In this document: positions 1-8,398 of the stretch, one piece after another
Layout of the letters: every line of letters starts with the position of its first letter
Numbering within the stretch: the first letter of the stretch is position 1
From: Candidatus Latescibacterota bacterium
GTDB lineage: Bacteria > Latescibacterota > UBA2968 > UBA8231
Assembly (NCBI GenBank): GCA_965217585.1
Contig: OZ244561.1
Span: forward strand, 448,001-512,000
Length of the DNA stretch: 64,000 bases
Reading direction: 5' to 3'
Translations under genes and position numbers: made by a program
Notes under the pieces: model-generated
Told to the model about the DNA's origin: nothing
Seen by the model: only the letters and a program-made list of their open reading frames with translations
Database searches by the model: none

Positions 1-494
1 ACAACTTCAAGCAGGTCGAGGTCGACTTCGACGTGCCGGTGCTGCGCTTTGGCACCGAGTTCAGCGGCTGGGTCTTCAGCAGCACAGATCCCGATCAGAT
101 CCGGCAACGCATCGATCCGGGCAACGCCACGTTCCGCTTTGCTGGCAACTTGCTGGCCGTCAACACGCCGGTGGGGGGTGATCTGCTGGTGGATGTGGCT
201 GTGCCCGAGGTGTTCACGCCCAACGGCGACGGGATCAACGAGACCTTGACCATCACCTACAAGCTGCGCGAGGTCACCGCCGACCGGCCGGTGCAGGTGC
301 GCATCTACGACTTGGCGGGCCGACTGGTGGCGCATCTACCGGTGTTCAAGGCCCGCAGCGGTGTCTTTGTCCAGCAGTGGAACGGCCGCGACGGGCAGGA
401 CGCCCTGGTCCAACCCGGCACCTATATCTACGAATTGACCCTCGATTCCGAGGAGCAACACACCCAACAGGGCGTCTTTGCCGTCGCCTATTGA
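1..494 (+). CDS. C-terminal part of secreted FlgD-Ig/FTPNGD-domain protein (array 1, copy 1; 5' truncated by window)
   Basis: Frame is open from the window edge. Near-identical to the C-termini of 607..2757 and 2957..5113 (VFTPNGDGINE, IYDLAGRLV, WNGRD, terminal FAVAY). Confidence 0.9.
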   Translation, partial: NFKQVEVDFDVPVLRFGTEFSGWVFSSTDPDQIRQRIDPGNATFRFAGNLLAVNTPVGGDLLVDVAVPEVFTPNGDGINETLTITYKLREVTADRPVQVRIYDLAGRLVAHLPVFKARSGVFVQQWNGRDGQDALVQPGTYIYELTLDSEEQHTQQGVFAVAY

Positions 495-606
495 AACTGG
501 AAGCGTGGAAGAGATTTTGTTTCTAAACGCTGAGCTTGGGTGTATACTTACTCTTCGCAACCCTTGAACTGCACACTTGTATTGGTGAAGCAGCAAGGAA
601 GGCGTT
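495..606 (+). repeat. Conserved spacer/leader of array 1 tandem unit
   Basis: Aligns with 2758..2956 (gggtgtata...tcttcgcaacc.ttgaactgcac.cttgtattggt...caagga) apart from one insertion in the second copy. Confidence 0.85.
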
Positions 607-2757
607 ATGGCAGGCATCGTGTTGCTCTGTTTTTGCAGCGTCTTGCTCGGTGCTGTGCCCGTGTTGGGGGGGACGGAATACCGCCTGGGCGGGCCCGATG
701 GCAACCCTTGGCAGGCCATCCTATCCGGGGGAAGCGCCTACCAAGCCTTTGCGGCCGATGGTCAAGTCGAACGCCAAGTATCGGTGGGGATATCGCCCTT
801 TGGGGCGGGGGCCGATACGCTGGTCGATTTCTCTGGCACAGCCATCCAGCCCCGTTTGATTGACTCCTCCGTCAATATCGCCCGGGCCGATGTGGACGCC
901 AGCAAGACCCAGATCCCCCTGCCCTATATGCCCGGTTCGAGAGTCCTTACCAATAGTTGCGGTCAGGCGCAAGGACATGCCAATACGATCAAGCTAATGC
1001 TGGACGCCAATCCCGCTACGGCCACCTTCCGCACCTTTGTGCAACGGGTCGGAGGCCGGCCTGGGGATGGCTTTTCTTGGCGGGGGGCTGTAGTCTTTGA
1101 TTTTGGCGGCGCGATCCCGATCAATCGCATCCGCTTCTATCCCCGCCTAAGTCAGCGCGAAGACCGCCAACTGATCGAGTCCCTGCGGGAACCGGCTCCG
1201 GATATCGAGCGCTTTGGCCAAGACAGCTTCCTAGCCAATTTCCTCGCTTGGTACGAGATCCGCACCGGCGATAACTCGGTCGTCTTTGCCCCAGATCCAT
1301 GCAGCGGCACTGGCCGTAACAGCGCCTACAGCTACAACGACGTTGTGGCGACGAGCAAGCGACGCACCGTCTTGGGCGACTTGCGGTGGGTGCGGAGCGG
1401 CGATCCACTGCTGACGGTGCTGGAATCCACCCGCGAAAACCTCGACCCCGTCGTCGATCTACGCTTCCCCGTCCGCTCGACCCGCTGGCTCACGCTGCGC
1501 GCCTTCCCCCTGCGCGACTATGAAGTCGCTGAATTCGAAATCTACGGCGACGGCTATGTCCCCGAGACCACCTACCTCACCCCTATCCTCGACTTCGGCC
1601 AAGCCGTCACCTGGGGCAAAATACGCTGGGAAGGCGACATGCCCGCCGGCACCCGCATCGAGATTCGCACCCGCACCGGCCACACCCCCGATCCACTGCT
1701 CTACTTTGCCCCCAATATCAACGACGAAATCGTACCCATCACCCGCGCCGAACAAGCCAAAATCGATATCGCCGCTCAACTGCTGCCCGTCTACGATGCC
1801 GACCACTGGAGCTTCTGGTCGTCGCCCTACGAGTTTGCCGCCGGCCAGCGCAACCCCAACCAGCCCGCCCGCGACTGGCAGGACGGAATGCTGCTTTTGT
1901 CGCCCGGTCCCAGCCGCTACATCCAACTCGCCATCAAGCTCTTCGCCAACTTCAATGTGGCACCCCGTCTCGACCAACTCACCTTGCAGTTGAGCGAGAC
2001 CCTGTCGGCGCAGGCCCTCGTCGGTGAGATCTGGCCCATTGAGGTCGCCTCCTTTGAATCCACCCCCTTTACGTATGTGGTTCTGCCCACCCTCAGCGAC
2101 GATAATGCCGGCTTTGACCGCTTGGAAATCCTCACCCATGTCCGGGTTCACGCGGTGCGCGCGGTGCGCATCGACGGGCAGCCAGTAGACCTAGATCAGT
2201 TCGTCCCCCACCTGCTCGATGATCGCCTCATCGTGTCCTTCCCATCGCTGACCGGCAGCGCCGACAGCTTCAAGCAGGTCGAGGTCGATTTCGACGTGCC
2301 GGTACTGCGCTTTGGCACCGAGTTCAGCGGCTGGGTCTTCAGCAGCACAGATCCCGATCAGATCCGGCAGCGCATCGATCCGGGCAACGCCACGTTCCGC
2401 TTTGCGGGGAATTTGCTGGCCGTCAGCACGCCGGTAGGGGGCGATCTGTTGGTGGATGTGCAGGTGCCTCAGATGTTCACGCCCAATGGCGATAGGATCA
2501 ACGATATTTTGACCATCACCTACAAGCTGCGCGAGGTCACCGCCGACCGGCCGGTACAGGTGCGCATCTACGACTTAGCGGGCCGGCTGGTGGCGCACCT
2601 GCCCGTGTTCAAAGCCCGCAGTGGTGTCTTCATCCAAGAATGGAACGGCCGCGACGGGCAGGACGCCTTGGTTCAGCCCGGCACCTATATCTACGAATTG
2701 ACCCTCGATTCTGAGGAGCAGCACACCCAACGCGGCGTCTTTGCCGTCGCCTATTGA
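607..2757 (+). CDS. Secreted discoidin-like/FlgD-Ig domain protein (array 1, copy 2)
   Basis: 716 aa with signal peptide, F5/8-type-C-like pattern (MLD..P.T, FDFG..PINRIRF, RWLTLR, EFEIYG), WGKIRW, WSFWS, FTPNGD and terminal VAY. Confidence 0.9.
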   Translation: MAGIVLLCFCSVLLGAVPVLGGTEYRLGGPDGNPWQAILSGGSAYQAFAADGQVERQVSVGISPFGAGADTLVDFSGTAIQPRLIDSSVNIARADVDASKTQIPLPYMPGSRVLTNSCGQAQGHANTIKLMLDANPATATFRTFVQRVGGRPGDGFSWRGAVVFDFGGAIPINRIRFYPRLSQREDRQLIESLREPAPDIERFGQDSFLANFLAWYEIRTGDNSVVFAPDPCSGTGRNSAYSYNDVVATSKRRTVLGDLRWVRSGDPLLTVLESTRENLDPVVDLRFPVRSTRWLTLRAFPLRDYEVAEFEIYGDGYVPETTYLTPILDFGQAVTWGKIRWEGDMPAGTRIEIRTRTGHTPDPLLYFAPNINDEIVPITRAEQAKIDIAAQLLPVYDADHWSFWSSPYEFAAGQRNPNQPARDWQDGMLLLSPGPSRYIQLAIKLFANFNVAPRLDQLTLQLSETLSAQALVGEIWPIEVASFESTPFTYVVLPTLSDDNAGFDRLEILTHVRVHAVRAVRIDGQPVDLDQFVPHLLDDRLIVSFPSLTGSADSFKQVEVDFDVPVLRFGTEFSGWVFSSTDPDQIRQRIDPGNATFRFAGNLLAVSTPVGGDLLVDVQVPQMFTPNGDRINDILTITYKLREVTADRPVQVRIYDLAGRLVAHLPVFKARSGVFIQEWNGRDGQDALVQPGTYIYELTLDSEEQHTQRGVFAVAY

Positions 2758-2796
2758 AATCGAAAACAGGGAAGAATTTTTGTTTTTAAACGCTCA

Positions 2797-2879
2797 GTGG
2801 TCTTTCAATTAAGTTTATTGCCTGAATCCAGACTAAAAGACCAAAATAAAAATGGCAACTAACTTTTTTGAAACACCAC
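2797..2879. mobile_element. 83-bp MITE-like insertion
   Basis: Terminal inverted repeats gtggtctttcaattaagtt / aacttttttgaaacaccac flanked by a TCA direct repeat. Absent from the paralogous spacer at ~525-540. Confidence 0.8.
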
Positions 2880-2956
2880 TCAGCTCGGGTGTATATTTAA
2901 TCTTCGCAACCTTTGAACTGCACGCTTGTATTGGTTAATCAACCAAGGAGGAAGTT

Positions 2957-5113
2957 ATGGCAGGCATAGTGTTGCTGTGTTTTTGCAGCGTCTTGCTGGG
3001 TTCTGCGCCCGTGTTGGGGGGGACGGAATACCGCTTAGGTGGGACCGATGGTAACCCTTGGCAGGCCATCCTGGCCGGGGAAAGCGTCTACCAGGCTTTT
3101 GCTGCTGACGGCCAAGCGGAGCGCCAAGTATCGGTGGGGATTGCGCCCTTTGGGGTGGGAGCCGACACCCTAATCGACTTTTCCGGCACCTCGATCCAAC
3201 CTCGGCTCATTGACCCCAGCGTCAATATCACCCGGGCCGATGTGGACGCCGGCAGGGCCACCATCCCCTTGCCCTATATCCCCGGCTCCAGAGTCCTCAA
3301 CAACAATAGTTGCTGGTCCTGGGGCAACATGCAACCCTCGATCAAGCTGATGCTGGACGGCGATCCGACCACGGCCGCCTTTCGCACCTTTGTCCAAAAG
3401 GTCGGCTCGCCGCCGGGCGTGGGCTATGGCTGGAGCAATTCCGTGATATTCGATTTTGGAACTGGTGTGCCCATCAACCGCATCCGCTTCTATCCCCGCC
3501 TGAGCCGGCGGGAAGACCGCCCGTTGATCGAAACCATGAGCGCTCCCACCCCCGCCGTCGAAACCTTTGGCCAAGACAGCTTCCTCGACAATTTCCTCGC
3601 CTGGTACGAGATCCGCATCGGCGATAATTCGATTGTCTTTGCCAATGACTCATGCAATGCCAACGACTACGGCAGCGGCGGAGCTCGCAATAGCAACGTT
3701 GTGGCCACCAGCAAGCGGCGCACAGTGCTGGGCGACTTGACCTGGGTGCGCAATGGCGACCCCAGACTGACGGTGCTGAAAACCACCCGCGAAAATCTCG
3801 ACCCCGTCGTCGATCTGCGCTTCCCCGTCCGCTCGGTCCGCTGGCTCACCCTGCGCGCCTTCCCCCTGCGCGACTATGAAATCGCCGAATTCGAAATCTA
3901 CGGCGACGGCTACGTCCAAGAGGCCACCTACCTCACCCCCATCCTCGACTTCGGCCAAGCCGTCACCTGGGGCAAAATCCGCTGGGAAGGCGAAGTGCCC
4001 GCCGGCACCCGCATCGAAATTCGCACCCGCACCGGCCACACCCCCGATCCACTGCTCTACTTTGCCCCCAATATCAACGACGACCTCATACCCATCACCC
4101 GCACCCAATACGACGCAATCGATATCGCCGTTCAATTACTTCCCATCTACGATGCCGACCACTGGAGCTTCTGGTCGTCGCCCTACGAGTTTGCCGCCGG
4201 CCAACGCAACCCCAACCAACCCGCCCGCGCCTGGGAGGATGGAATCCTGCTTTTGTCGCCCGGTCCCAGCCGCTACATCCAACTCGCCATCAAGCTCTTC
4301 GCCGACTTCCATGTAGCACCTCGCATCGATCAACTCACCTTGCAGTTGAGCGAAACCCTGTCGGCTCAAGCCCTCGTCGGCGAGATCTGGCCCATTGAGG
4401 TCGCCTCCTTTGAACCGATCCCCTTTACCTATGTGGTCTTGCCCACCCTCAACAACGACAACGCCGGCTTTGACCGCTTGGAAATCCTCACCCACGTCCG
4501 GGTTCACGCGGTGCGCTCGGTGCGCATCGATGGCCAGCCCGTCGACCTAGACCAGTTCGTCCCCCACCTGCTCGATGATCGCCTGATCGTGTCCTTCCCG
4601 CCGCTGACCGGCAGCGCCGACAGCTTCAAGCAGGTCGAGGTCGACTTCGACGTGCCGGTGCTGCGCTTTGGCACCGAGTTCAGCGGCTGGGTGTTCAGCA
4701 GCACGGATCCCGATCAGATCCGGCAGCGCATCGATCCGGGCAACGCCACGTTCCGCTTTGCTGGCAACTTGCTGGCGGTCAACACGCCGGTGGGGGGTGA
4801 TCTGCTGGTGGATGTGCGGGTGCCCGAGGTGTTCACGCCCAACGGCGACGGGATCAACGAGACCTTGCCCATCGCCTACAAGCTACGCGAGGTCACCGCC
4901 GACCGGCCGGTACAGGTGCGCATCTACGACTTAGCGGGCCGACTGGTGGCGCATCTACCGGTGTTCAAGGCCCGCAGTGGTGTCTTTATCCAGGAGTGGA
5001 ACGGCCGCAATGAGCAGGACGCCTTGGTTCAGCCCGGTACCTATATCTACGAATTGACTCTCGATTCCGAGGAGCAACACATCCAACAAGGCGTCTTTGC
5101 CGTTGCTTACTAG
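2957..5113 (+). CDS. Secreted discoidin-like/FlgD-Ig domain protein (array 1, copy 3)
   Basis: 718 aa paralogue of 607..2757 with RBS aaggagg and terminal VAY. Confidence 0.9.
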   Translation: MAGIVLLCFCSVLLGSAPVLGGTEYRLGGTDGNPWQAILAGESVYQAFAADGQAERQVSVGIAPFGVGADTLIDFSGTSIQPRLIDPSVNITRADVDAGRATIPLPYIPGSRVLNNNSCWSWGNMQPSIKLMLDGDPTTAAFRTFVQKVGSPPGVGYGWSNSVIFDFGTGVPINRIRFYPRLSRREDRPLIETMSAPTPAVETFGQDSFLDNFLAWYEIRIGDNSIVFANDSCNANDYGSGGARNSNVVATSKRRTVLGDLTWVRNGDPRLTVLKTTRENLDPVVDLRFPVRSVRWLTLRAFPLRDYEIAEFEIYGDGYVQEATYLTPILDFGQAVTWGKIRWEGEVPAGTRIEIRTRTGHTPDPLLYFAPNINDDLIPITRTQYDAIDIAVQLLPIYDADHWSFWSSPYEFAAGQRNPNQPARAWEDGILLLSPGPSRYIQLAIKLFADFHVAPRIDQLTLQLSETLSAQALVGEIWPIEVASFEPIPFTYVVLPTLNNDNAGFDRLEILTHVRVHAVRSVRIDGQPVDLDQFVPHLLDDRLIVSFPPLTGSADSFKQVEVDFDVPVLRFGTEFSGWVFSSTDPDQIRQRIDPGNATFRFAGNLLAVNTPVGGDLLVDVRVPEVFTPNGDGINETLPIAYKLREVTADRPVQVRIYDLAGRLVAHLPVFKARSGVFIQEWNGRNEQDALVQPGTYIYELTLDSEEQHIQQGVFAVAY

Positions 5114-5199
5114 TCTCGCGTCCCAGCGATAACAGGTGGTAATTCTGGCGCTAAGGCCCTCGGCTCAGATTGCAAGAATATAACACTCCAAACAGCCTC

Positions 5200-7188
5200 T
5201 CAGGGCTGTCGCCACTGCAATCGCGCCAAAGCGCGCTGGGCTTTGGCGTACTCAGGGGCCAAGCTCAGGGTCAGGCGGTAGAACTCGTCCGCTTTGTCGA
5301 ATTGGCCCAAGTCGTGGTAGGCCGCCCCTAAATTAAAGGCGATTAAGTGATTGCCGGGCGCGGCTTTTAGAGCTATGGCAAAATAATCAACCGCCCGCTC
5401 CAACGCCCCTTGCCGAACCTCAATCAAGCCCAATTCATTGGCCGCCTGCGCCCGCACCTCGTCCCCGCTTAGCGCCGCCGCAAAGGCTTCCCGGGCCTGC
5501 TTTGTTGCCCCCATTTTCTTATAGACCCGTCCCAGAGACAGAAAAACCGCTGCGTCGGCCTCTTGTGCCAAAGCTTGGCGGTAGTGCTCCACCGCTTGCT
5601 CGTATCGTCCCGTAGCCCGGTACAGAGCCGCCAAGTTGAGGTGCAACCCTCGATCGTCGGGCGCTTGCGCCAAGGCCTGCCGATAAACCGCCTCGGCTTC
5701 GCCGTAGCGCCTCATGGCCGCCAGCGCCGCGCCTAGATTATGGTGGGCCCGCAGGTATGCTGGATCGAGTTGCACGGCGGTCCCAAAGGAGCGCACCGCA
5801 GCCGCGTACTGCCCCCGTTGGGCCTGGACGCGCCCCAGATCAAAGTGTATTTCCGCGTCGGCCAAGGGGTCGGTCGGCCGCAAGCCAGCGTTGGCGGCTA
5901 CCCCTAGCAAGACGACAAAAGCCAAACCGATTCCCAAGGAACGCCACTGCCGGTCCTGCCCCTGTTGCACCAGCCAGATCAGGGTGTACCCGGCAAAGAG
6001 CAGCAGCATCGGCACCACGGGCAGGCGATAGCGGCCGGTAATAAAAAAGACAAGAAGCGAAGCGCTGTACGCCCCCGTGCAGAGCAGCAGCAAGCCCGCC
6101 TGGAGTCGGTGCCGCCAAGCCAGCACCATGCCCAGAGCGGCCAAGGGCCCCAGCAGCCCAAAAGGAAAGGCGAAGTGATGGATTTTCCACAGCAAGACGC
6201 TCATCAGCCAAGAATAGGTGCGGGCGAAGTACACGTCTTGGTTGCGCTTGATTTCCTCACCCCGCGCCAATAAGAACGCCTTGTACCCCAACAACCGCAC
6301 AAAATCCACGGGCGCACTAGCGATCCAGTCGCCGGCTTGCCGGTAGAAATAGGCCGAGCGCTCCGCGTACCCCACTTGGCCCGCTGCCATCGGCTGCTCC
6401 ATTAAGGCCTCCCATTCCGGCCCGGGGCGGATCCCCACCAAGCGGTCGTAATCGGGATGATTGCCCAAGTAGAAATTCACGCCGCCGTTCCAGGACAAGG
6501 GGATGAACTCGCCGCTGACCGCCCAGTTTCTCGCCGTCACCGCGCCGACCACGGCGCTGGCGGCCGCCGCAAAAAGCAGGCACCAGCCCAGCTTGGTTCG
6601 CGCTGCTCGCTCGGCGCTCTTCCAGTACCACAGGCAGGCGCAGGGAGCCAACAGGGCCGCATTGGGCACGGCGACTATGGCCAAGCCTTGGACGAGGCCA
6701 GCGGCTAGGGCCTGTCCCCATCCCCGGCCGGGCTGGAGCAGGATAAAGAGCAACAGGAGATTGAGAAAAACAGCTAGCGCGGTGGGTAGCAGCTCGCCTT
6801 CAAAATAGATGGAGGGTCCGTATAGACAGGCCATGACCCCAGCGAGGAGACCGACTCGGGCACCAAAAACCTGCTGGCCGATGCCAAAAACTAAGGCACA
6901 AGAGGCCGCTCCCAAGAGGAACTGAATAAATCGGGGCGTCCAGAACAAGTCGCCGGAAACGGCGTAAATTGAGGCGAGAAAATAGGGGTATAGAGGCGGC
7001 TGCCAAAAGGGCTTGTCCCCCACCCAAGACACCTCGGCGATCTGCCGCGCCTGAGCCACATAGGAGTGGGCGTCCACTACCGGCGCAAAGAAAAAGGGAT
7101 TGTCCCCGCTGTGCCCCAGATAGACCAGGCGCACGACCAAAGCTAGGAGCAAGAGACCACCTGCCACCCCCAGCTCGCGCCGGCTCAT
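5200..7188 (-). CDS. GT-C-fold (ArnT/PMT-like) membrane glycosyltransferase with C-terminal TPR repeats
   Basis: Multi-TM N-terminus (WQPPLYPYFLA, NFYLGN, RYRLPVVP) followed by TPR repeats. Likely start MSRREL at 7188. Paralogue of 38576..40672. Confidence 0.75.
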   Translation of the reverse strand: MSRRELGVAGGLLLLALVVRLVYLGHSGDNPFFFAPVVDAHSYVAQARQIAEVSWVGDKPFWQPPLYPYFLASIYAVSGDLFWTPRFIQFLLGAASCALVFGIGQQVFGARVGLLAGVMACLYGPSIYFEGELLPTALAVFLNLLLLFILLQPGRGWGQALAAGLVQGLAIVAVPNAALLAPCACLWYWKSAERAARTKLGWCLLFAAAASAVVGAVTARNWAVSGEFIPLSWNGGVNFYLGNHPDYDRLVGIRPGPEWEALMEQPMAAGQVGYAERSAYFYRQAGDWIASAPVDFVRLLGYKAFLLARGEEIKRNQDVYFARTYSWLMSVLLWKIHHFAFPFGLLGPLAALGMVLAWRHRLQAGLLLLCTGAYSASLLVFFITGRYRLPVVPMLLLFAGYTLIWLVQQGQDRQWRSLGIGLAFVVLLGVAANAGLRPTDPLADAEIHFDLGRVQAQRGQYAAAVRSFGTAVQLDPAYLRAHHNLGAALAAMRRYGEAEAVYRQALAQAPDDRGLHLNLAALYRATGRYEQAVEHYRQALAQEADAAVFLSLGRVYKKMGATKQAREAFAAALSGDEVRAQAANELGLIEVRQGALERAVDYFAIALKAAPGNHLIAFNLGAAYHDLGQFDKADEFYRLTLSLAPEYAKAQRALARLQWRQP

Positions 7189-7203
7189 TGGGGCTGCTGA
7201 GCC

Positions 7204-7234
7204 AATTCGTAATTCATAATTCGCAATTCGTAAT
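7204..7234. repeat. Heptamer tandem repeat (AATTCGT-like) x4
   Basis: aattcgt aattcat aattcgc aattcgt aat, in intergenic DNA. Confidence 0.85.
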
Positions 7235-7255
7235 GTGGAGCCGCCGATCGTCGGC

Positions 7256-8182
7256 CTAGGGCACGTACTCGTGTAGATCCGCGATCCAGTTGTACCCTTC
7301 TTGGTCCTCCCACTTGTGGGCCCCGCCCATGACGAAAATTCGCTCGCCGACATTCGCAGTGGCCATCCAGGCCTTTTTCACCGGCATGGGGGTCTCGCTC
7401 GACCAAATGCCGGCGTCGATATCGTACACTTCGACCTCGGTGTGATAGGGCACTGATCCGCCCCAGCCGCCAAAAACATAGATCTTGCGCCCCACGGCCA
7501 AACAGCCCGGATCGCAGCGCGGCGTGGGAATGGGCGGCAGCGGCGACCAACGGCCGGAATCTGGGTCGAAGACATTGAAGTCGGGCCGGGGCCCGTCGCC
7601 GCCGATCCCGGTCGCGGCGTAGATCTTGTCGTCCACCACGGCAACTCCAGGTCCCTGGACCGCCACGGGCAGGGGCACTCCCAAGGTCCAGCAGGCCGCG
7701 TCTGGAGCGAAGACCTCGACGCGGTCCAAGTGCCGCTGGCCGATCTCGGGCTCGGCGTTCATGCTGTTGCCGCCGACCGCGTAGATCTTCCCCTTGCAGA
7801 CAACGGCCACCAGACCGGCCCGGGGTTTGCTCAAGGGCGCGGCTGTGGACCAAGTCTGCGTCTTTAGATTCAAAACCTCGACACTGTCGCGGATTTCAAA
7901 GTGGTAGTCGTCGCCGCTTTGCCGCTTTTCCTCCTCCGTGCGCACCCGCTTGCCGCCACAGGCGTAAATCTCGTCGCCAATCCGCGCCGCACCGAACCAC
8001 CCCCGCTGCGTGGGAATGGGCGGTCCCTGCCGCCAGGTGTCGCTGGCTACGTCGTAGATTTCAACCGCGTGGACCGTCTGGTCTCCGGCCCCGGAAATGG
8101 CATAGATCTCGCCGTCGACAGCAATGGCCTGCAGGTCGTGCCGATTGGTCGGCATGGGTGCTTTTTCGATCCACACTCCCAT
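7256..8182 (-). CDS. Kelch-repeat beta-propeller protein
   Basis: Six repeats of the IYxxGG...VEVYD...W...PMP type. Confidence 0.9.
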   Translation of the reverse strand: MGVWIEKAPMPTNRHDLQAIAVDGEIYAISGAGDQTVHAVEIYDVASDTWRQGPPIPTQRGWFGAARIGDEIYACGGKRVRTEEEKRQSGDDYHFEIRDSVEVLNLKTQTWSTAAPLSKPRAGLVAVVCKGKIYAVGGNSMNAEPEIGQRHLDRVEVFAPDAACWTLGVPLPVAVQGPGVAVVDDKIYAATGIGGDGPRPDFNVFDPDSGRWSPLPPIPTPRCDPGCLAVGRKIYVFGGWGGSVPYHTEVEVYDIDAGIWSSETPMPVKKAWMATANVGERIFVMGGAHKWEDQEGYNWIADLHEYVP

Positions 8183-8324
8183 CTGGTCCTCCTGACGCGC
8201 TCGTTGCAGTTAGACTTAAATTTCTGCTAAAGATAGGCCCAGCGACGACTAGCTCCAACAACCGCACGAGCCGTTTTATGTGATCGCACCCAACGGGAAT
8301 GCGGTCAGTGTGGCGTATTGAATA

Positions 8325-8384
8325 AATTAGGAATTGACCAATTGACCAATTCCTAATTCCTAATTCCTAATTCCTAATTCCTAA
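8325..8384. repeat. AATTCCT x5 heptamer array with an inverted copy (hairpin; possible terminator)
   Basis: aattaggaattg-accaattgac-caattcctaattcct..., just downstream of the 8399..10435 stop codon. Confidence 0.8.
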
Positions 8385-8398
8385 CTCTCAATCCTCGC

